Positions 35,883 to 37,616 of a stretch of 37,616 bases of DNA are shown here, in pieces; positions within the stretch are counted from its first letter, which is position 1, and every line of letters starts with the position of its first letter. Under the pieces are notes generated by a model that saw nothing but the letters and a program-made list of their open reading frames with translations, was not told the origin of the DNA and did not search any database. This stretch comes from an uncultured virus (IMG/VR IMGVR_UViG_3300012209_000001) (lineage: Duplodnaviria; Heunggongvirae; Uroviricota; Caudoviricetes). A program made the translations under genes and the position numbers. The stretch is taken from IMG/VR virus record IMGVR_UViG_3300012209_000001, one strand, 5' to 3'.

Positions 35883-36176
35883 ATGTCAGGTCAATGGAAT
35901 AGTGAAGCACAGCGATACGAAGTATTCTCAACATTAGAGGGTGGCATGGTCCCCACTGGCAAGCCTATGGACTATCAGATGCAGCCAGGGGTTGATTATT
36001 GTGGTTATTGTAAACACGGTTTTGATGATCAGGGCAATTGTGTTTGCGATGGGCTTGGTGGAGGTCATACGCCTACTTGTAGTTACTGTCACTCCGCCTA
36101 TGATGGCAAAGGCAACTGTAATTGTGATGGCTTCGGCAATGATCCTGAGACGGGCGAGCCATTACCATACGCTTGA
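35883..36176 (+). CDS. Cys-rich protein with tandem CxxC-x9-CxCDG repeat
   Basis: CGYCKHGFDDQGNCVCDG and CSYCHSAYDGKGNCNCDG; AAAGGA RBS. Confidence 0.65.
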   Translation: MSGQWNSEAQRYEVFSTLEGGMVPTGKPMDYQMQPGVDYCGYCKHGFDDQGNCVCDGLGGGHTPTCSYCHSAYDGKGNCNCDGFGNDPETGEPLPYA

Positions 36177-36204
36177 GCAACCACAATGCCCACGCTAGTC
36201 TACA

Positions 36205-36230
36205 AGCCGCTTCAGTAGTGAGAAGCGGCT
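36205..36230. terminator. hairpin between convergent genes
   Basis: AGCCGCTTC/GAAGCGGCT stem. Confidence 0.6.
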
Positions 36231-36233
36231 CTT

Positions 36234-36854
36234 CTATTTCCCCTGCTCACTCTTCAGATATCTCCTCGCCAGAACCTCTACCGTCACCACAAACGTGATC
36301 TTAATCACAATCAAGATTCCACCTGCCAACTCACCAAAGACAGTGATCGTGATTCTACTGCTGTACTCCTGCTGCAGTAGTTCATTGGCGACCTGAGAGA
36401 TAGCCAGAAAATACGGTCGCTCTTGCATATGGATAATCTGCGTCTGGACGATATCAATCGTTTGAGGATGCGCAAGAATAGCCCTGACCGCAGCGTCGAT
36501 GCTCACGTAGTTGGTGGTAGAAGAGATTAGTAGTGTTTGTGCGGTGCCAGATAGGTTGCTGTTCTGTAGATTGGCCTGATCACTCTCCCATGTCGGCAAC
36601 ATGTTCTGTAGTTCGCTGATTGCCTGAGCATTGTTGTCTGCTGGCCCGTATTGCAGGATAAGTGCGTCTTTGGCGATACGCTGCGAGATGGACTGCTGTA
36701 GCGTAGCGTAGTGGAGGATAGCATCGTTGTTGGAGATGGTGAGTGGAATAGCTTGAAATATCATGATGGCACCAACAGCCACGAATGCGAGCGTTTCGAT
36801 GATGCGGACGAACGCCAGGAAACCTTGAGGTGTACTGAGTAATTTGATCATCAC
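36234..36854 (-). CDS. 2-TM protein with PilJ/NarX-like extracytoplasmic sensor domain and no output domain
   Basis: TM, QQSISQRIAKDAL, helical bundle, TM, short tail. Confidence 0.6.
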   Translation of the reverse strand: MMIKLLSTPQGFLAFVRIIETLAFVAVGAIMIFQAIPLTISNNDAILHYATLQQSISQRIAKDALILQYGPADNNAQAISELQNMLPTWESDQANLQNSNLSGTAQTLLISSTTNYVSIDAAVRAILAHPQTIDIVQTQIIHMQERPYFLAISQVANELLQQEYSSRITITVFGELAGGILIVIKITFVVTVEVLARRYLKSEQGK

Positions 36855-36895
36855 ATATTGTTACCTTCCTTGGTTATTTAATGCAATACGGTTAT

Positions 36896-37270
36896 CTAGT
36901 GCAACACGTGGGCCGCGTAGGCTCCGATAATACTCAAAAGAATCGCTATGAAAATACTGACGATGCCAGCCAGGACACGTATTTGCATCTGGTTTTGATT
37001 TTCCTTCAGTGCCGAGTCACGTTTTTGTGCCTCAACTTCTGAATCGGCTAGTTTTGTGTTGAGATCGGTCAGTTGTGATTTGGCGCTACTGACCTCGCGC
37101 TCGATCCGCTCAACCGTTTCACGAATGCTTCGAAGCTGCAGCTCGTTCTCTTTGGCGGGCACATATTGTTGTAACTGGTTCTGTAACTGCTGCACCATTT
37201 TTTCGAGTGCCTCAATCCGAAAAGTTAGTGTCGATTGGTCCTGCTGCATCCCTTGTTCCTCATGTAACAT
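36896..37270 (-). CDS. coiled-coil protein with C-terminal TM (XhlA/holin-like)
   Basis: Heptad repeats then VLAGIVSIFIAILLSIIGAYA; position after a probable tail gene; start uncertain. Confidence 0.6.
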   Translation of the reverse strand: MLHEEQGMQQDQSTLTFRIEALEKMVQQLQNQLQQYVPAKENELQLRSIRETVERIEREVSSAKSQLTDLNTKLADSEVEAQKRDSALKENQNQMQIRVLAGIVSIFIAILLSIIGAYAAHVLH

Positions 37271-37325
37271 GCATTATATGATTAAAGTAAACAATCATAT
37301 AATGCATGTATTGTACATATTATAG

Positions 37326-37616
37326 CTAGAACCACACTCGTGCATAATTAGTAAGATTAGGGCCTGTTGTGGCGTCCACGCTGTATAAATAAATTATTCC
37401 GTTTTGTCCCTGGTATCCAGTGGTTGTAACTTTCACAATTGGCACCTGAGAATTAAAGATAGACATTATCTCTGGTAACATGAGTCCCACTGTCGTTCCC
37501 GGCGCAAGTCCAGCATACAACGTCGTCCCCACCAACTCAATCGTGCTATTGCTACCGTACCTCGTGAGCAGGCCATTTCCAAACGCTGTTGCCTGATCGG
37601 TGGTCATACCACTTGC
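37326..37616 (-). CDS. C-terminus of a probable tail/baseplate protein (truncated by window edge)
   Basis: Frame open to the window end; beta-rich GLAPGTTV...IVKVTT; late-gene position. Confidence 0.45.
   Translation of the reverse strand, partial: ASGMTTDQATAFGNGLLTRYGSNSTIELVGTTLYAGLAPGTTVGLMLPEIMSIFNSQVPIVKVTTTGYQGQNGIIYLYSVDATTGPNLTNYARVWF

Noticed and set aside
36078..36092. CxxCH haem-binding motif (CSYCH)
   Set aside because: No signal peptide, and the sister repeat has CGYCK, so a Zn/Fe-binding repeat is more likely
1..37616. Genome-wide TGA recoding (genetic code 4 or 25) as the explanation for the in-frame TGA
   Set aside because: Many genes end at TGA in ATGA/GTGA overlaps, and long genes have no internal TGA, so the standard code applies

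Overview
The whole window reads as part of a large temperate phage or phage-plasmid genome: replication, early, regulatory and lysis regions, with a probable tail gene running off the right end and no capsid or terminase genes. The host is probably a Ktedonobacteria-like Chloroflexota (inference from the style of DnaB, the DnaC-like ATPases and a secreted DUF3761-like protein). It carries two complete lambda-O-style replication modules, each with its own intragenic iteron array and DnaC/IstB-like ATPase, one of them fused to an HNH domain. It also has DnaB, three adenine methyltransferases, a Rad52/Sak-like annealase, SWIM, ASCH and HNH proteins, a tyrosine recombinase, many HTH/RHH regulators with visible operators, and an amidase endolysin with a holin. 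Top findings: (1) a gene missing from the ORF track (27152-27427) with one in-frame TGA followed by a hairpin, a candidate phage selenoprotein; (2) a 60-aa peptide with three beta-clamp-binding-like motifs; (3) a ~300-nt multi-hairpin leader/ncRNA with a terminator in front of the endolysin; (4) the dual replicon and the HNH-DnaC fusion; (5) twin 32-bp outward-facing promoters around an HTH+HNH pair. All family calls come from motif recognition; no database searches were run.
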